DNA of 64,000 nt, taken from contig OZ220490.1 in NCBI GenBank assembly GCA_965116175.1, positions 129,643 through 193,642 on the forward strand, in the 5' to 3' direction. Within the stretch, counting starts at the first letter, position 1. Each line of letters opens with the position of its first letter. Source of the DNA: Bdellovibrionales bacterium. Its GTDB lineage: Bacteria > Bdellovibrionota > Bdellovibrionia > Bdellovibrionales > UBA1609. The position numbers and the translations under genes are program-made. Shown piece by piece: positions 35,105 to 45,731 of the stretch. The notes below the pieces were generated by a model that was not told the origin of the DNA, made no database searches, and saw only the letters and a program-made list of their open reading frames with translations.

Positions 35105-36781
35105 ATGAATTTACGATATTGGCTGAACTTTTTTATTCCTGTTTTAATTTGTTTGCTAACAGTCTTTTTTACTGGCTTTTTTCTGACGAAAATTCAGTCA
35201 ATAAGATTTGAACAGTCTTCAATAAAAAAATCCATCAATCTGGAAGGCTTGTTGTATTTGGAGCATATTAATAAAAAACTGGATTTTTTAATTAAGGAGG
35301 GGGAGGACATTCAAAATGAAGGGCGGATATCTTCTGACAGCCCATTTTCTGCTCTTGTTGTTTTTAGACCGTCCCAGAGAGAGAAAGTGTATCTTTCTGA
35401 AGACAGCCTTCTTTTAAGTGTTATTCAAGATCAGGTCAAATCCTCCGTTATGGGGCAGGCTGAAACGGAATCCACTTCTCAATCCAAAAAAGAAGTTGAA
35501 GCTATAAAAAAACATTCCTCCTCTGAATTAAAGGAGGAAAAAAATCTTGTTAAGGCTATCCCTTCTTTTGAGTTGGAAAGAAAAGCTCTTATTTATCTTT
35601 CCCGGAAAGTTATTGCAGAATCTTCTGTTAAGGATTTTATGTTTAAAGAGTTTAAGGTTGCCGGGAAAAAACAAAATTTTATTATTTTTATTAAATCTTT
35701 GGTTGAGGGAGGGCAATGGCTGGCTTTTTTGAAAAAAGATACAAGTTTTTTTAAGATCGAATCTGTTTTTTTAAATACTCAAGAACGCGACAACAGGGAT
35801 GTTTTTGTTGTAAACAGCCAGGGACGGCTTTTTTTTCATAATAAAACCTCAGGTCTATTTAAGGTTCTTGCGAAAAAATCCCCGGTTAGGAAGTTTTTAA
35901 AAGATATTACAATAAAAAGCAAAAATAGCAGTTATTTGAAGTCATATAAGAAAAAGGGCAATCAAAGGATATATTTTCTTCATAAATGGAGTGAAGGGGA
36001 TTTATTTTTAATTTTTAAGTCAGATTATTCTAATCTTTTTTTTAACTTGGAAGATTTTTATTTTCCAATTTTAATGGCTTGTCTCCTGGTTTTTTGTTTT
36101 GTTTTTGCTTTCTTTTGTTTGAACTTTTTTCGCCTTGCTTTCGCTTATCGGTTTTTAAAGCAGGCTATTTTATCTTTTGATAAGACAGATTTATTTCCTG
36201 TTACAGATGTTCCTAAAAATCCTCTTCTTTATTTTTATAGCAATCGCCGGCTGTTTTTAAATAAAAGAAAAGAGGATAAACAAGATGAGAAGGATGAATC
36301 AGCAAGTCTTAATCTTCAATCAGTTGTAAGACAGGAGGTGGAAAAATTAAAACATAGATTCCCAAGTTTAAAGGTCAATGAAAACTTTAATTTTGATGTC
36401 AAATTGTTTGGTTTTGAGAGGTTTTTCCGGGCGGTGATTTATGAGGTTTTGGTGAATGCTTTGGAAGCTATGGGTGGTTTAAAAGAGCCAAAATTGGATT
36501 TATCTATTAAGGAGGAAAAGGGAAATCTTATTTTCTCTGTCAGAGATTATGGGATAGGACTTAGTGATGAGGATTATGAAAAATGTTTTCAAATGTATTA
36601 CTCTACAAAATCTCAAATGGGTGTTGGTTTGAATTTGGTTCAGTCTATTATTCAGTCCAATGAGGGGAGTATTGAATTTTCTTCTCCTGAAGGAGGGGGG
36701 TTGGAGCTGCGTATTTGTCTGCCTTTGAAATGCTTTTTAAAGAATCACTTTAAAAAAGATGGAGAGCGTTTGATCAAATGA
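35105..36781 (+). CDS. Membrane sensor kinase-like protein (GHKL ATPase domain)
   Basis: Two TM segments flank a periplasmic region. C-terminal N/G1/G2 boxes (VLVNALEAM, RDYGIGL, GVGLNLV). I did not find a clear HExxxP H-box. Confidence 0.7.
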   Translation: MNLRYWLNFFIPVLICLLTVFFTGFFLTKIQSIRFEQSSIKKSINLEGLLYLEHINKKLDFLIKEGEDIQNEGRISSDSPFSALVVFRPSQREKVYLSEDSLLLSVIQDQVKSSVMGQAETESTSQSKKEVEAIKKHSSSELKEEKNLVKAIPSFELERKALIYLSRKVIAESSVKDFMFKEFKVAGKKQNFIIFIKSLVEGGQWLAFLKKDTSFFKIESVFLNTQERDNRDVFVVNSQGRLFFHNKTSGLFKVLAKKSPVRKFLKDITIKSKNSSYLKSYKKKGNQRIYFLHKWSEGDLFLIFKSDYSNLFFNLEDFYFPILMACLLVFCFVFAFFCLNFFRLAFAYRFLKQAILSFDKTDLFPVTDVPKNPLLYFYSNRRLFLNKRKEDKQDEKDESASLNLQSVVRQEVEKLKHRFPSLKVNENFNFDVKLFGFERFFRAVIYEVLVNALEAMGGLKEPKLDLSIKEEKGNLIFSVRDYGIGLSDEDYEKCFQMYYSTKSQMGVGLNLVQSIIQSNEGSIEFSSPEGGGLELRICLPLKCFLKNHFKKDGERLIK

Positions 36782-37920
36782 AAAACCGTGCTGTTTTAGA
36801 AGTGGATTTAAACCTTTTAAAACAAAATTGTTTGACATTAAAAAGTTTAGCGAAAAACTTGTTTTTTTGTCCTATGGTGAAAGCTGATGCCTATGGCCAT
36901 GGGGCTATTCCTGTAACAAAAACTTTGCTTTCAATAGGAGTCAAACAGGTTGGTGTGATAAGTGTTGGTGAAGCCTGGGCTGTCAGAGAGTTAGTGGAAG
37001 ATATAGATATTTTGATTTTTGGACCTGTGTTGAATAAGGAAGACTTATCCTGGGCCGTAGAGGAAAAGCTTATTTTAGTATGCAGCAACTGGCTGGATTT
37101 GGAAAGCTTATCTCAATATGGTAAACCTTGCCGTATTCATTTAAAATTTAATACTGGATTTTCCCGTTTGGGTTTTGATTTAAGTTCTGTTGAAAAACTG
37201 GACATTTTTTTAAAAGACAATCCTCAAATTCAATTAGAGGGTTTGGCAACCCAACTTGTTTCCGGTGAGGAGCTGGGAGATAAAGAGAGCTTTTCCTTCT
37301 GTCAAACAGAGGAGCTGTCTAAACTCCACAAAGTCTTTTCCTGTTCTAACTTTCATGCTTTAAATACATCAGCTTTGATTGCTGATTTTGTTCATGGAGG
37401 GAATGTTCACTTTGGCGCAAGGCCGGGTATAGGGCTGTATGGAATAAAGCCAGAGGTGTTTTTAAAGAATGAAAAGGCTAAACCAAAATGGGAGAATCTG
37501 TTTTTGGCTCCTGTTTCCTGTTTAAAAAGCTATATTGTGGGCATGCATGAGCTTAACAAGGGCGATCCTGTTTCCTATGGAGCTTGCTGGAAGGCTTCCC
37601 GCCCTTCCCAGATTGCCACAGTATCCTTGGGTTATGGGGACGGTTTTCTGCGAAACTCTAATTCTATCAGGGAGGTGTTGTTTAGAGGGAAAAGGAGTCC
37701 AGTGGTGGGAGCTGTTTGTATGGATTTTTTTATGATAGATGTAACAGATTTTGCTAACAAAAGAGAAAAACCTGTTCAAATTGGTGAAGAAGTGGTTATT
37801 TTTGGCAGGCAAGGGCAAACTTTTTTATGTCCACAGGATCAGGCTTTCAAATCAGGCAGTATTGTCTATGAGTTTTTCTGCCGGTTGGGACCCAGAGTGG
37901 AACGGGTTTATAAAAATTAG
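36778..37920 (+). CDS. alr: Alanine racemase
   Basis: The PLP-lysine motif MVKADAYGHGA and overall length fit Alr. The ATGA start overlaps the preceding gene. Confidence 0.9.
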   Translation: MKNRAVLEVDLNLLKQNCLTLKSLAKNLFFCPMVKADAYGHGAIPVTKTLLSIGVKQVGVISVGEAWAVRELVEDIDILIFGPVLNKEDLSWAVEEKLILVCSNWLDLESLSQYGKPCRIHLKFNTGFSRLGFDLSSVEKLDIFLKDNPQIQLEGLATQLVSGEELGDKESFSFCQTEELSKLHKVFSCSNFHALNTSALIADFVHGGNVHFGARPGIGLYGIKPEVFLKNEKAKPKWENLFLAPVSCLKSYIVGMHELNKGDPVSYGACWKASRPSQIATVSLGYGDGFLRNSNSIREVLFRGKRSPVVGAVCMDFFMIDVTDFANKREKPVQIGEEVVIFGRQGQTFLCPQDQAFKSGSIVYEFFCRLGPRVERVYKN

Positions 37921-37932
37921 CATAAGGTTATT

Positions 37933-39522
37933 ATGTATAAAAGAGCTTTAATTAGTGTTTCAGATAAAAGAGGCTTGGAGGGGTTTTTAAAACCTTTGGT
38001 TAAACAGGGTTTGAGTCTGGTTTCAACAGGTGGTACAGGGGAGTTTTTAAAATCAAAAGGGTTTAAAGTTGTAGATGTTAAAGATATTACAGGTTTTCCT
38101 GAAGTTCTTTCGGGCAGAGTAAAGACGCTCCACCCTCACATTCATATAGCTCTTTTAGCTCGTCAGTGGGTGTTAAATGATAAAGAGATTTTAAAACAGT
38201 ATGGACTTGAGCCTTTTGATCTTGTTGTAGGAAATCTTTACCCTTTTGAACAACAGGAAGAGCATTTGAATGGAAAAGAATTAGTGGAATGGATTGATGT
38301 GGGAGGGCCTAGTTTTTTGAGAGCCTCAGCAAAAAATTATTTTAGTATTACTACAGTTTGTGATCCTGAAGATTACAGTAAAATTCAAAATGGAGCTGAT
38401 CTTAAACAAAGACAGCAGTTGGCAGTTAAGGTCTTTGAAACACTTTCTCATTATGATTCCTGTATTGCCAAGAGGTTAAAAGAACAAAGTGAAGGAAATG
38501 TAAGTCATACAAGATTAAATAAACAGATTGGAAAAGATGTGAATCATCCAAAAAAACAAAGTGAGGAAAATATAAAACAGGATTTTTTTCTTGAAGGAAA
38601 ATTTTTTAAAAAGCTTCGTTATGGGGAAAATCCTCATCAGGAGGCAAGTTGGCACAGTGGTATGGCAACAGGTTTGCATGAGGCAGAGCAACTCCAAGGG
38701 AAAACACTTTCTTATAATAATATTTTGGATTTTTATTCAGCCCTTCTTGTTGTGAGAGATTTTGATGCGCCTTGCGCTGTAGCTGTTAAACATAATAACC
38801 CTTGTGGTGTAGCCATAGCGAATCAGATATCATCAGCAGTGGAAAGAGCTTTAAAAGCTGATCCTCTAAGTGTTTTTGGGGCCTTGTTAGCCTTTAACCG
38901 TCCTGTTGATAAATTGGCGGCAGAACAGTTAAATGATGTTTTTCTTGAAGGGCTTATAGCCCCGGATTTTTCTCCAGAAGCTTTAAAAATTTTAAGCAAA
39001 AAAAAGAATCTAAGAATTATAAAATGGCCTGAAATGCTTTCTTTTGAGCTTTCCTTAAATTCCGTTCGTGAAACTATAGGAGGTTTTCTTATCCAAACAA
39101 GGGATCAGGTGGCAAAAAACTGGTCTCAAGACTGGAAAATTGTTGGTTCTTCTCCTTCAGAGGATGTTAAAAAGGATTTGATCTTTGCCTGGAAGGTTTG
39201 CGCTCACTTAAAAAGCAATGCCATTGCTATTGTTCAGAAAGGCCAATCTCTAGGTTTGGGTATGGGACAGGTTAGTCGTGTAGATGCTGTTCAACTGGCT
39301 CTGGATCGGGTGAAAAGACTCCATCCCTTAAAAAAGAAAGATATGATTTTAGCTAGTGATGCCTTTTTTCCCTTTGCTGATTCCATAGAATTGGCCGCAA
39401 GAGGAGGAATTTCATGGATTATTCAGCCTGGAGGTTCTATTAGGGATGATCAGATATTGGAGAAAACTTTAAAATTAGGTTTAAATATGATTTTAACAGG
39501 TCAAAGACATTTTAAACATTAG
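37933..39522 (+). CDS. purH: Bifunctional AICAR transformylase / IMP cyclohydrolase PurH
   Basis: RALISVSDKRGL, KTLHPHIH, GENPHQ, HNNPCG, SDAFFPF and IIQPGGSIRD are all PurH blocks. Confidence 0.95.
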   Translation: MYKRALISVSDKRGLEGFLKPLVKQGLSLVSTGGTGEFLKSKGFKVVDVKDITGFPEVLSGRVKTLHPHIHIALLARQWVLNDKEILKQYGLEPFDLVVGNLYPFEQQEEHLNGKELVEWIDVGGPSFLRASAKNYFSITTVCDPEDYSKIQNGADLKQRQQLAVKVFETLSHYDSCIAKRLKEQSEGNVSHTRLNKQIGKDVNHPKKQSEENIKQDFFLEGKFFKKLRYGENPHQEASWHSGMATGLHEAEQLQGKTLSYNNILDFYSALLVVRDFDAPCAVAVKHNNPCGVAIANQISSAVERALKADPLSVFGALLAFNRPVDKLAAEQLNDVFLEGLIAPDFSPEALKILSKKKNLRIIKWPEMLSFELSLNSVRETIGGFLIQTRDQVAKNWSQDWKIVGSSPSEDVKKDLIFAWKVCAHLKSNAIAIVQKGQSLGLGMGQVSRVDAVQLALDRVKRLHPLKKKDMILASDAFFPFADSIELAARGGISWIIQPGGSIRDDQILEKTLKLGLNMILTGQRHFKH

Positions 39523-39572
39523 TCCTGATAGATGACAAAGTGTTATTTTTTTTGCATTATTAAAAAGACAAC

Positions 39573-41315
39573 ATGTCTGACATAGAAAAAAAATTCCTCA
39601 TCCGCTCTTCAGGGCAAATCCTTGGGCCATTTGATAAAAACGAGGTTATCGATCTTATCAAACGAGGCAATATTTCCATTTTTGATGAAGTGGCAGAGCC
39701 GTTTAATATCTGGTGGTATTTACAGGATCATCAGGATTTTAAAGAGGCTGTTCAATCTATGGATTTTCAAGCTCGTTTGACCAATTTTATCACTCAATTT
39801 AGTGATAAATTTTCTACTATCTCCCGGGCCAAAAAAACACTGGATAAAACTGTAACTCATACAGAGACACAGAGCTTGGATCAAAAGTCACAGAATATAG
39901 ACTCTTATGAAAAACAATCTGCTCAGGAAGTAAAATTCAAAGTTGTGGATCAACCAAAAGTTGTTAAATCCAAAGCTTATGAGAAATACACATCTCAGAA
40001 AGACAGTGAGGAAATTGTCAGAAAAAAAGTTGGTTTAATTGTTAAAATCAGTTGGCAGGTTATTGTAGTTTTTGCTTTGTTAGTGGGAGGCTACATTGTT
40101 TATAAAGAAATTGTTGCACCTATTCAGAAAAAACAAGAACTTATTTATGCATTGAGAACAGATGGTTTGAGATTTTACAAAGCGGGCAATTATAAAAAGG
40201 CCTTGTTTTATTTTGAAGAGGCTTATTCAAAAGATCTTTTAAAACCTGAAGAAAAACTTTTACTGGCCAGTCTTTTTATTCAGGAGGATAAACTGCAAAA
40301 AGCAGAGTTGATTGTTAATGAGCTTCCCCGTGATTCTTTATTAAAGGATAAAAATTGGTTTTTATTAAATGGTTTAATATCTTTTTTTCAAAAAGACTTC
40401 ACAGGTGCTGAGGCGAACTTTAATCGAGCCTTAAACCAAAGAGAAAAACTCTCTTTGGTTAATCTTTCCATATTGAAATGGAAAACAAAAAATCATCAAA
40501 AATCTCTTGCTTATTTAGACCAGCTGATAAAAATGGCATACGACAGAGATATTGTTTCTTATTTAAAAGCTCTTAATTTTCTATCTCAGAATCAAACAGG
40601 AGTTTTAATAGATTACATCAGTCGTGAACTGGCTTTTGATCAAAATCACCCTCTTATTAAAGAATACCAACAGGAGTTTTATTTTATGTTGGCTTACTCT
40701 TATATGAAAGAACAAAAGTTAGAGGAGTTTAAGCAGGCTGTTTATAACCTTTTAAATACAGACCCCTTTTTTTACAAAGAATATCATTATAGCTCTTTTA
40801 CGGTTGTTAAGGCTTTGAACTGGAATTATTTTTACCCTTACTGTAAAAGTATTTTTGAGTCTGATCCACAAAGCAATTTACTGAATGCCTTGTATGGTTT
40901 TTGTTATCTTAAAACAGGGAATTTTAAACAGGGTACTAGATATATTGAACAGGCTAGAAACAGAGAACCTGATGATGCCTTTTTTCTTTCTTTATATGCT
41001 TATTTGTTAATGTTAAAAGCTGATATTGTTGAAATGGATCAGGTTCTTGATTTGATAGATTATAGTAATTTAAAATCAGAGCAAACTTTACCGCTTATTT
41101 TAAAAGCCTATTTTTTTGAGCAAAAACAAGATTGGGTTAGAGCTCTATCAGCTTGGGAGGAATTGCTTTCTCTTTCTTCTGAGCATTTGTCTGGGATTGC
41201 TGGAGTGGCTTTTACAAGTCAACAATTGGGTGATTATTCAAAATCAGATATTTATAGAAAAAGAGGTCTTGATAAATATCCTTATTATGTTCGCCTCCTT
41301 TCCTATGAAAGATAA
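39573..41315 (+). CDS. GYF_2-like N-terminal domain plus TM plus TPR-repeat protein
   Basis: SSGQILGPFDKNEVIDLIKRGNISIFDEV is GYF_2/DUF4339-like. One TM and multiple TPR-like repeats follow. Confidence 0.65.
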   Translation: MSDIEKKFLIRSSGQILGPFDKNEVIDLIKRGNISIFDEVAEPFNIWWYLQDHQDFKEAVQSMDFQARLTNFITQFSDKFSTISRAKKTLDKTVTHTETQSLDQKSQNIDSYEKQSAQEVKFKVVDQPKVVKSKAYEKYTSQKDSEEIVRKKVGLIVKISWQVIVVFALLVGGYIVYKEIVAPIQKKQELIYALRTDGLRFYKAGNYKKALFYFEEAYSKDLLKPEEKLLLASLFIQEDKLQKAELIVNELPRDSLLKDKNWFLLNGLISFFQKDFTGAEANFNRALNQREKLSLVNLSILKWKTKNHQKSLAYLDQLIKMAYDRDIVSYLKALNFLSQNQTGVLIDYISRELAFDQNHPLIKEYQQEFYFMLAYSYMKEQKLEEFKQAVYNLLNTDPFFYKEYHYSSFTVVKALNWNYFYPYCKSIFESDPQSNLLNALYGFCYLKTGNFKQGTRYIEQARNREPDDAFFLSLYAYLLMLKADIVEMDQVLDLIDYSNLKSEQTLPLILKAYFFEQKQDWVRALSAWEELLSLSSEHLSGIAGVAFTSQQLGDYSKSDIYRKRGLDKYPYYVRLLSYER

Positions 41316-41344
41316 AAAGGTTTAAGCAAGATAAGGGGATGAAA

Positions 41345-41734
41345 ATATTTTTGAAAAGTTAGTTGAATTGAGAAGTTGTTACTGCTTATATATTTGGGAT
41401 GTTGTCACTAGCTATTAGAGAGTACTTTTTCCTGTCGCAATAAAGAAGGTTTAGCAGGGCATCTGTCATCACACGGTAAATTAAAAAATCTTACTGATGT
41501 GAAGCTAAATCTAAAATCCTACTGTGGTAGGAGTTAATAAGTTGAAATGACTGGGAAAAACAAAAGAGGAAAAAAAATGAGATGTTTAAACTTTTCAAGA
41601 TAGTTTAAGAAAGAGCTGTTTTAGACAAAGATTTAGTTTAGATAAAAAAAGAGAGTTAAACTTTTAAGCGGGAAAGAAAAACAAAGAAACTTAAGGTTTA
41701 CTGAGTGCTGGCTTGAACTGTAGAATTAAAAATC
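41345..41734. repeat. Conserved 3'-flank module of the tandem paralog array (copy 1)
   Basis: Near-identical to 42801-43185 and to parts of 44262-44876. Contains pseudo-3'-end fragments and ATGAGATGTTTAAAC micro-ORF motifs. Confidence 0.85.
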
Positions 41735-42649
41735 TTACTGTTGTGAAGCTAAAGCTTTCACACCAAAAATATCACGCCGATCAGATTTAGCTTGTCTCAT
41801 AATAGCCACCATCTCATCTTTAACTTCAATATACCCATCACAATTGGATGAATTAGCCTTACAGGAGGGATACTGAGCAAGATAAAATAATCTTTTATCT
41901 TCAAGAGGCAAAAGAGCCTCAGCCTCCTCTTTTAAAACCTGACAGGCCGATCTGATCTGTTTGTATAAAACAGGGTCAAAGTGGGGTTTTTTAGGAAGAG
42001 CTAAACATCTTTCCGCATAATGAAGCGTTTGTTTAAGGCTGTCCGTTGTATAGCGGCTATATTCAGGATAAGTTCTTTTTGAATGGCTAAGGCCCATGTA
42101 TTCATTGTCTGAACCACCGGCTCCATACATAAATTTTGCACTATATCTCAAAGCCACACGATAATGAGAGTTTAACTCCATTTGAACGCTATTTTCAGTA
42201 TGCCAGAAGCCATTATGGGGGTAATTAGGAGACACCTCAATAAATGTTAAAACCTGTAGGTAAGCTGCTATCGCCTCATCAATTGTGTCTTCATCTATAG
42301 AGCTGTCAAGCCTTCCATCGGTTCCTATATACTGCGCTAGCATGAAAGCAGCGCTTACATCATTATGTTTTCTTATTATGGCCTGAAGTATACTGAAGCC
42401 TTTTGCACCCTCTCCCTTTGCAATAAGGCACTCTGCATAGGCTTTTTTTGCATAATTATCATCCGGCTCATTTCTATACCACTCCTTCATTTCAGCAAAG
42501 TCATCACATGTAAAATTTCCTCTAGTATAACTTTGTCCAAAAGTTAAAGAGGGTAGAATAAAGATTAAAGGTATACCAAAATATTTAAACATAAAACCCT
42601 CCTCTCTTTGTGTCTTACAAATTATGTCTTTATTACTAGCCGAAATCAC
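41735..42649 (-). CDS. Secreted helical-repeat (Sel1-like?) protein, tandem paralog 1
   Basis: Probable start is M20 at 42592 (MFKYFGIPLIFILPSLTFGQ). About 90% identical to paralog 2 over most of its length. Confidence 0.75.
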   Translation of the reverse strand: MISASNKDIICKTQREEGFMFKYFGIPLIFILPSLTFGQSYTRGNFTCDDFAEMKEWYRNEPDDNYAKKAYAECLIAKGEGAKGFSILQAIIRKHNDVSAAFMLAQYIGTDGRLDSSIDEDTIDEAIAAYLQVLTFIEVSPNYPHNGFWHTENSVQMELNSHYRVALRYSAKFMYGAGGSDNEYMGLSHSKRTYPEYSRYTTDSLKQTLHYAERCLALPKKPHFDPVLYKQIRSACQVLKEEAEALLPLEDKRLFYLAQYPSCKANSSNCDGYIEVKDEMVAIMRQAKSDRRDIFGVKALASQQ

Positions 42650-43185
42650 TTAAAAAAGCAATAGCAAACTCTCTATTTTAAAGGAAATTTTATAGAAAGT
42701 TGCAAAATATATAAAAACCGCAAAAAATGAGATGTTTAAACTTCTAAGTGGATTGAATAAAAGCTGATTTTATAAAGAGAAAATCTAAGGACAAAAATAA
42801 ACATTTGAAAAGTTAATTGAATTGGGAAGTTGTTACTGCTTATATATTTGGGATGTTGTCACTAGCTATTAGAGAGTACTTTTTCCTGTCGCAATTAAAG
42901 AAGGTTTAGCAGGGCATCTGTCATCACATCCGGTGAATTAAAAAATCTTACTGCTGTGAGGCTAAATTTAAAACCCTGCTGTGATAGGAGTTAATTGATG
43001 ACTGGGAAAAACAAAAGAGGAAAAAAAATGAGATGTTTAAACTTTTCAAGATAGTTTAAGAAAGAGCTGTTTTAGACAAAGATTTAGTTTAGATAAAAAA
43101 AGAGAGTTAAACTTTTAAGTGGGAAGGAAAAACAAAAAAACTTAAGATTTACTGAGCACTGGCTTGAACTGTAGAATTAAAAATC
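42650..43185. repeat. Conserved inter-paralog spacer (5' flank of paralog 1 plus 3' flank of paralog 2)
   Basis: Aligns along its length with 44035-44876 and in part with 41345-41734 and 45732-45870. Confidence 0.85.
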
Positions 43186-44034
43186 TTACTGTTGTGAAGC
43201 TAAATTTAAAATACTGCTTTGCTCAGAATTAGACCACTTAATAATAGCCACCATCTCATCTTTAACTTCAATATACCCATCACAATTGGATGAATTAGCC
43301 TTACAGGAAGGATACTGAGCAAGATAAAATAATCTTTTATCTTCAAGAGGCAAAAGAGCCTCAGCCTCCTCTTTTAACACCTGACAGGCCGATCTGATCT
43401 GTTTGTATAAAACAGGGTCAAAGTGGGGTTTTTTAGGAAGAGCCAAGCATCTTTCCGCATAATGAATTGTTTGTTCAAGGCTGTCCGTTGTATAGCGGCT
43501 ATGTTCAGGATAAGTTCTTTTTGAATGGCTAAGGCCCATGTATTCATTGTCTGAACCAGCGGCTCCATACATAAATTTTTCACTATACCTCACAGCCACA
43601 CGATAATGAGACCTTAATTCCATTTGAACGCTATTTTCAGTATGCCAGAAGCCATTATAAGGATAATTAGGAGAAACCTCAATAAAGGTTAAAACCTGTA
43701 AGTAAGCTGCTATCGCCTCATCAATTGTGTCTTCATCTATAGAGTTGTCAAGCCTTCCATTGGTTCCTATATACTCTGCTAGCATATGAGCAGCGCTTAC
43801 ATCATTATGTTTTCTTATTATGGCCTGAAGTATACTGATGCCTTTTGCATCCTCCCCCTTTGCAATAAGGCACTCTGCATAAGCTTTTTTTGCATAATTA
43901 TTATCCGGCTCATTTCTATACCACTCCTTCATTTCAGCAAAGTCATCACATATAAAGTGGCCCTTGCGGTAAACTTGAGAAAAACTTAAAGAGGGCAAGA
44001 TAAAGATTAAAAGAATACCAAAATATTTAAACAT
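43186..44034 (-). CDS. Secreted helical-repeat protein, tandem paralog 2
   Basis: 282 aa. Signal peptide MFKYFGILLIFILPSLSFSQ. Confidence 0.75.
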   Translation of the reverse strand: MFKYFGILLIFILPSLSFSQVYRKGHFICDDFAEMKEWYRNEPDNNYAKKAYAECLIAKGEDAKGISILQAIIRKHNDVSAAHMLAEYIGTNGRLDNSIDEDTIDEAIAAYLQVLTFIEVSPNYPYNGFWHTENSVQMELRSHYRVAVRYSEKFMYGAAGSDNEYMGLSHSKRTYPEHSRYTTDSLEQTIHYAERCLALPKKPHFDPVLYKQIRSACQVLKEEAEALLPLEDKRLFYLAQYPSCKANSSNCDGYIEVKDEMVAIIKWSNSEQSSILNLASQQ

Positions 44035-44876
44035 AAAACCCTCCTCTCTTTGTGTCTTACAAATTATGTTTTTATTACTACTTGAAATGCTCTAAAAAAG
44101 CAATAGCAAAACCCTCTATTTAAAGGAAATTTTATAAAAAGTTACAAAGAGGTATAAAAACCGCAAAAAATGAGATGTTTAAACTTTTAAGTGGATTGAA
44201 TAAAAGCTGATTTTATAAAAAGGAAATTTAAGGACAAAAAAATAAATATTTTTAAAAGTTAATTGAATTGAGAAGTTGTTACTGCTTATATATTTGGGAT
44301 GTTGTCACTAGCTATTAGAGAGTACTTTTTCCTGTCGCAATAAAGAAGGTTTAGCAGGCATCTGTGCGTCATCACATCCGGCGAATTAAAAATCTTACTG
44401 ATTTGAGGCCAAATTTAAAATCCTGCTGTGGTAGGAGTTAAGTTAGTTGAAATGACTGGAAAAAACAAAAGAGAGGAAAAATTTGAAGATTTACTGAGCA
44501 CTGGCTTGAGCTGTAGAATTAAAATACTTACTGTTGTGAGGCTAAATTTAAAATCCTACGTGATAGGAGTTTGGGAAAAACAAGAGGGTTAAACTTTTAA
44601 GCGGGAAGGAAAAATAAAAAAAACTGGAGATTTACTGAATTCTGGTTGAACTATAGAATTAAAAAATCTTACTGTTGTGAGGCTAAATTTAAAATCCTGC
44701 TGTGATAGGAGTTAAGTTAGTTGAAATGACTAGGAAAAACAAAAGAGGAAAAAAAGTGAGATGTTTAAACTTTTCAAGATAGTTTAAGGAAGAGCTGTTT
44801 TAGACAAAGATTTAGTTTAGATAAAAAAAGAGAGTTAAACTTTTAAGCGGGAAGGAAAAGCAAAAAAACTTAAGAT
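44035..44876. repeat. Conserved inter-paralog spacer, expanded with extra pseudo-3'-end fragments
   Basis: Three copies of aattaaaaatcttactg[at]t[gt]tgaggc[ct]aaatttaaaatcct.. at about 44385, 44515 and 44655. Confidence 0.85.
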
Positions 44877-45731
44877 TTACTGAGCACTGGCATGAGATGT
44901 AGAATTAAAAATTTTCCTTAATTCAGCAATAGCTTGTCCTATCACAAAATCTATTTCATCTTCAACTTTACTGTATCCATCACAATTGGATGAATTAGTC
45001 CTACAGGAGTACTGACCAAGATAAAATAATCTTTTATCTTCAAGGGGCAAAAGCTCATGAGTTGCGTCTTTTAACACCTGACAGGCTGCTCTGGTCCTTT
45101 TGTATTTTTCTGGCTTAAAGTGAGCTTTAAGAGGCAATGTTAAACATCTTTCCGCATAATGAAGCATTTTTTCAAGGCTGTCCTTTGTATGGCGGCTATG
45201 TTCAGGATAAGCATCTGCTGAACGGCCCATATACTCATTGCTTGAGCTTTTAAACCCTGTTTTATATTTAACACCATATATTGCAGCCACACTATAATGA
45301 GAGCTTAACTCCATTTGACGGCCCTTTTCAGTATGCCAGAAGCCATTATAAGGATAATCACGAGACACCTCAATAAAGGTTAAAACCTGTAAGAAAGCTG
45401 CTATTGCCTCATCAATTGTGTCTTTATCTATAGAGCCGTCAAACCTTCCATTGGTTTCTATATAATGCGCTAGTGTGAAAGCGGCATATACATCATTATG
45501 TTTTCTTATTATTGCCTGAAGTATACTGAAACCTTTTGCACCCTCTCCCTTTGCAATAAGGCACTCTGCATAAGCTTTTTTTGCATAATTATTATCCGGT
45601 TCATTTATATACCATTCTTTTGCTTCTTTAAAGTCCCCCATATCACATATAAGGCTACCTCTGCGGTAAACTTGAGAAAAACTTAAAGAGGGCAAAACAA
45701 AAATTAAAAATATAATAAGAAACTTAAACAT
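44877..45731 (-). CDS. Secreted helical-repeat protein, tandem paralog 3 (more diverged, different C-terminal tail)
   Basis: 284 aa. Signal peptide MFKFLIIFLIFVLPSLSFSQ. The tail is ...KIFNSTSHASAQ. Confidence 0.75.
   Translation of the reverse strand: MFKFLIIFLIFVLPSLSFSQVYRRGSLICDMGDFKEAKEWYINEPDNNYAKKAYAECLIAKGEGAKGFSILQAIIRKHNDVYAAFTLAHYIETNGRFDGSIDKDTIDEAIAAFLQVLTFIEVSRDYPYNGFWHTEKGRQMELSSHYSVAAIYGVKYKTGFKSSSNEYMGRSADAYPEHSRHTKDSLEKMLHYAERCLTLPLKAHFKPEKYKRTRAACQVLKDATHELLPLEDKRLFYLGQYSCRTNSSNCDGYSKVEDEIDFVIGQAIAELRKIFNSTSHASAQ

Noticed and set aside
37921-37932. ZTP (pfl) riboswitch upstream of purH
   Set aside because: Only 12 nt separate alr and purH, so there is no room for a riboswitch, and no GGGTCGTGACTGGCG-like sequence is present.
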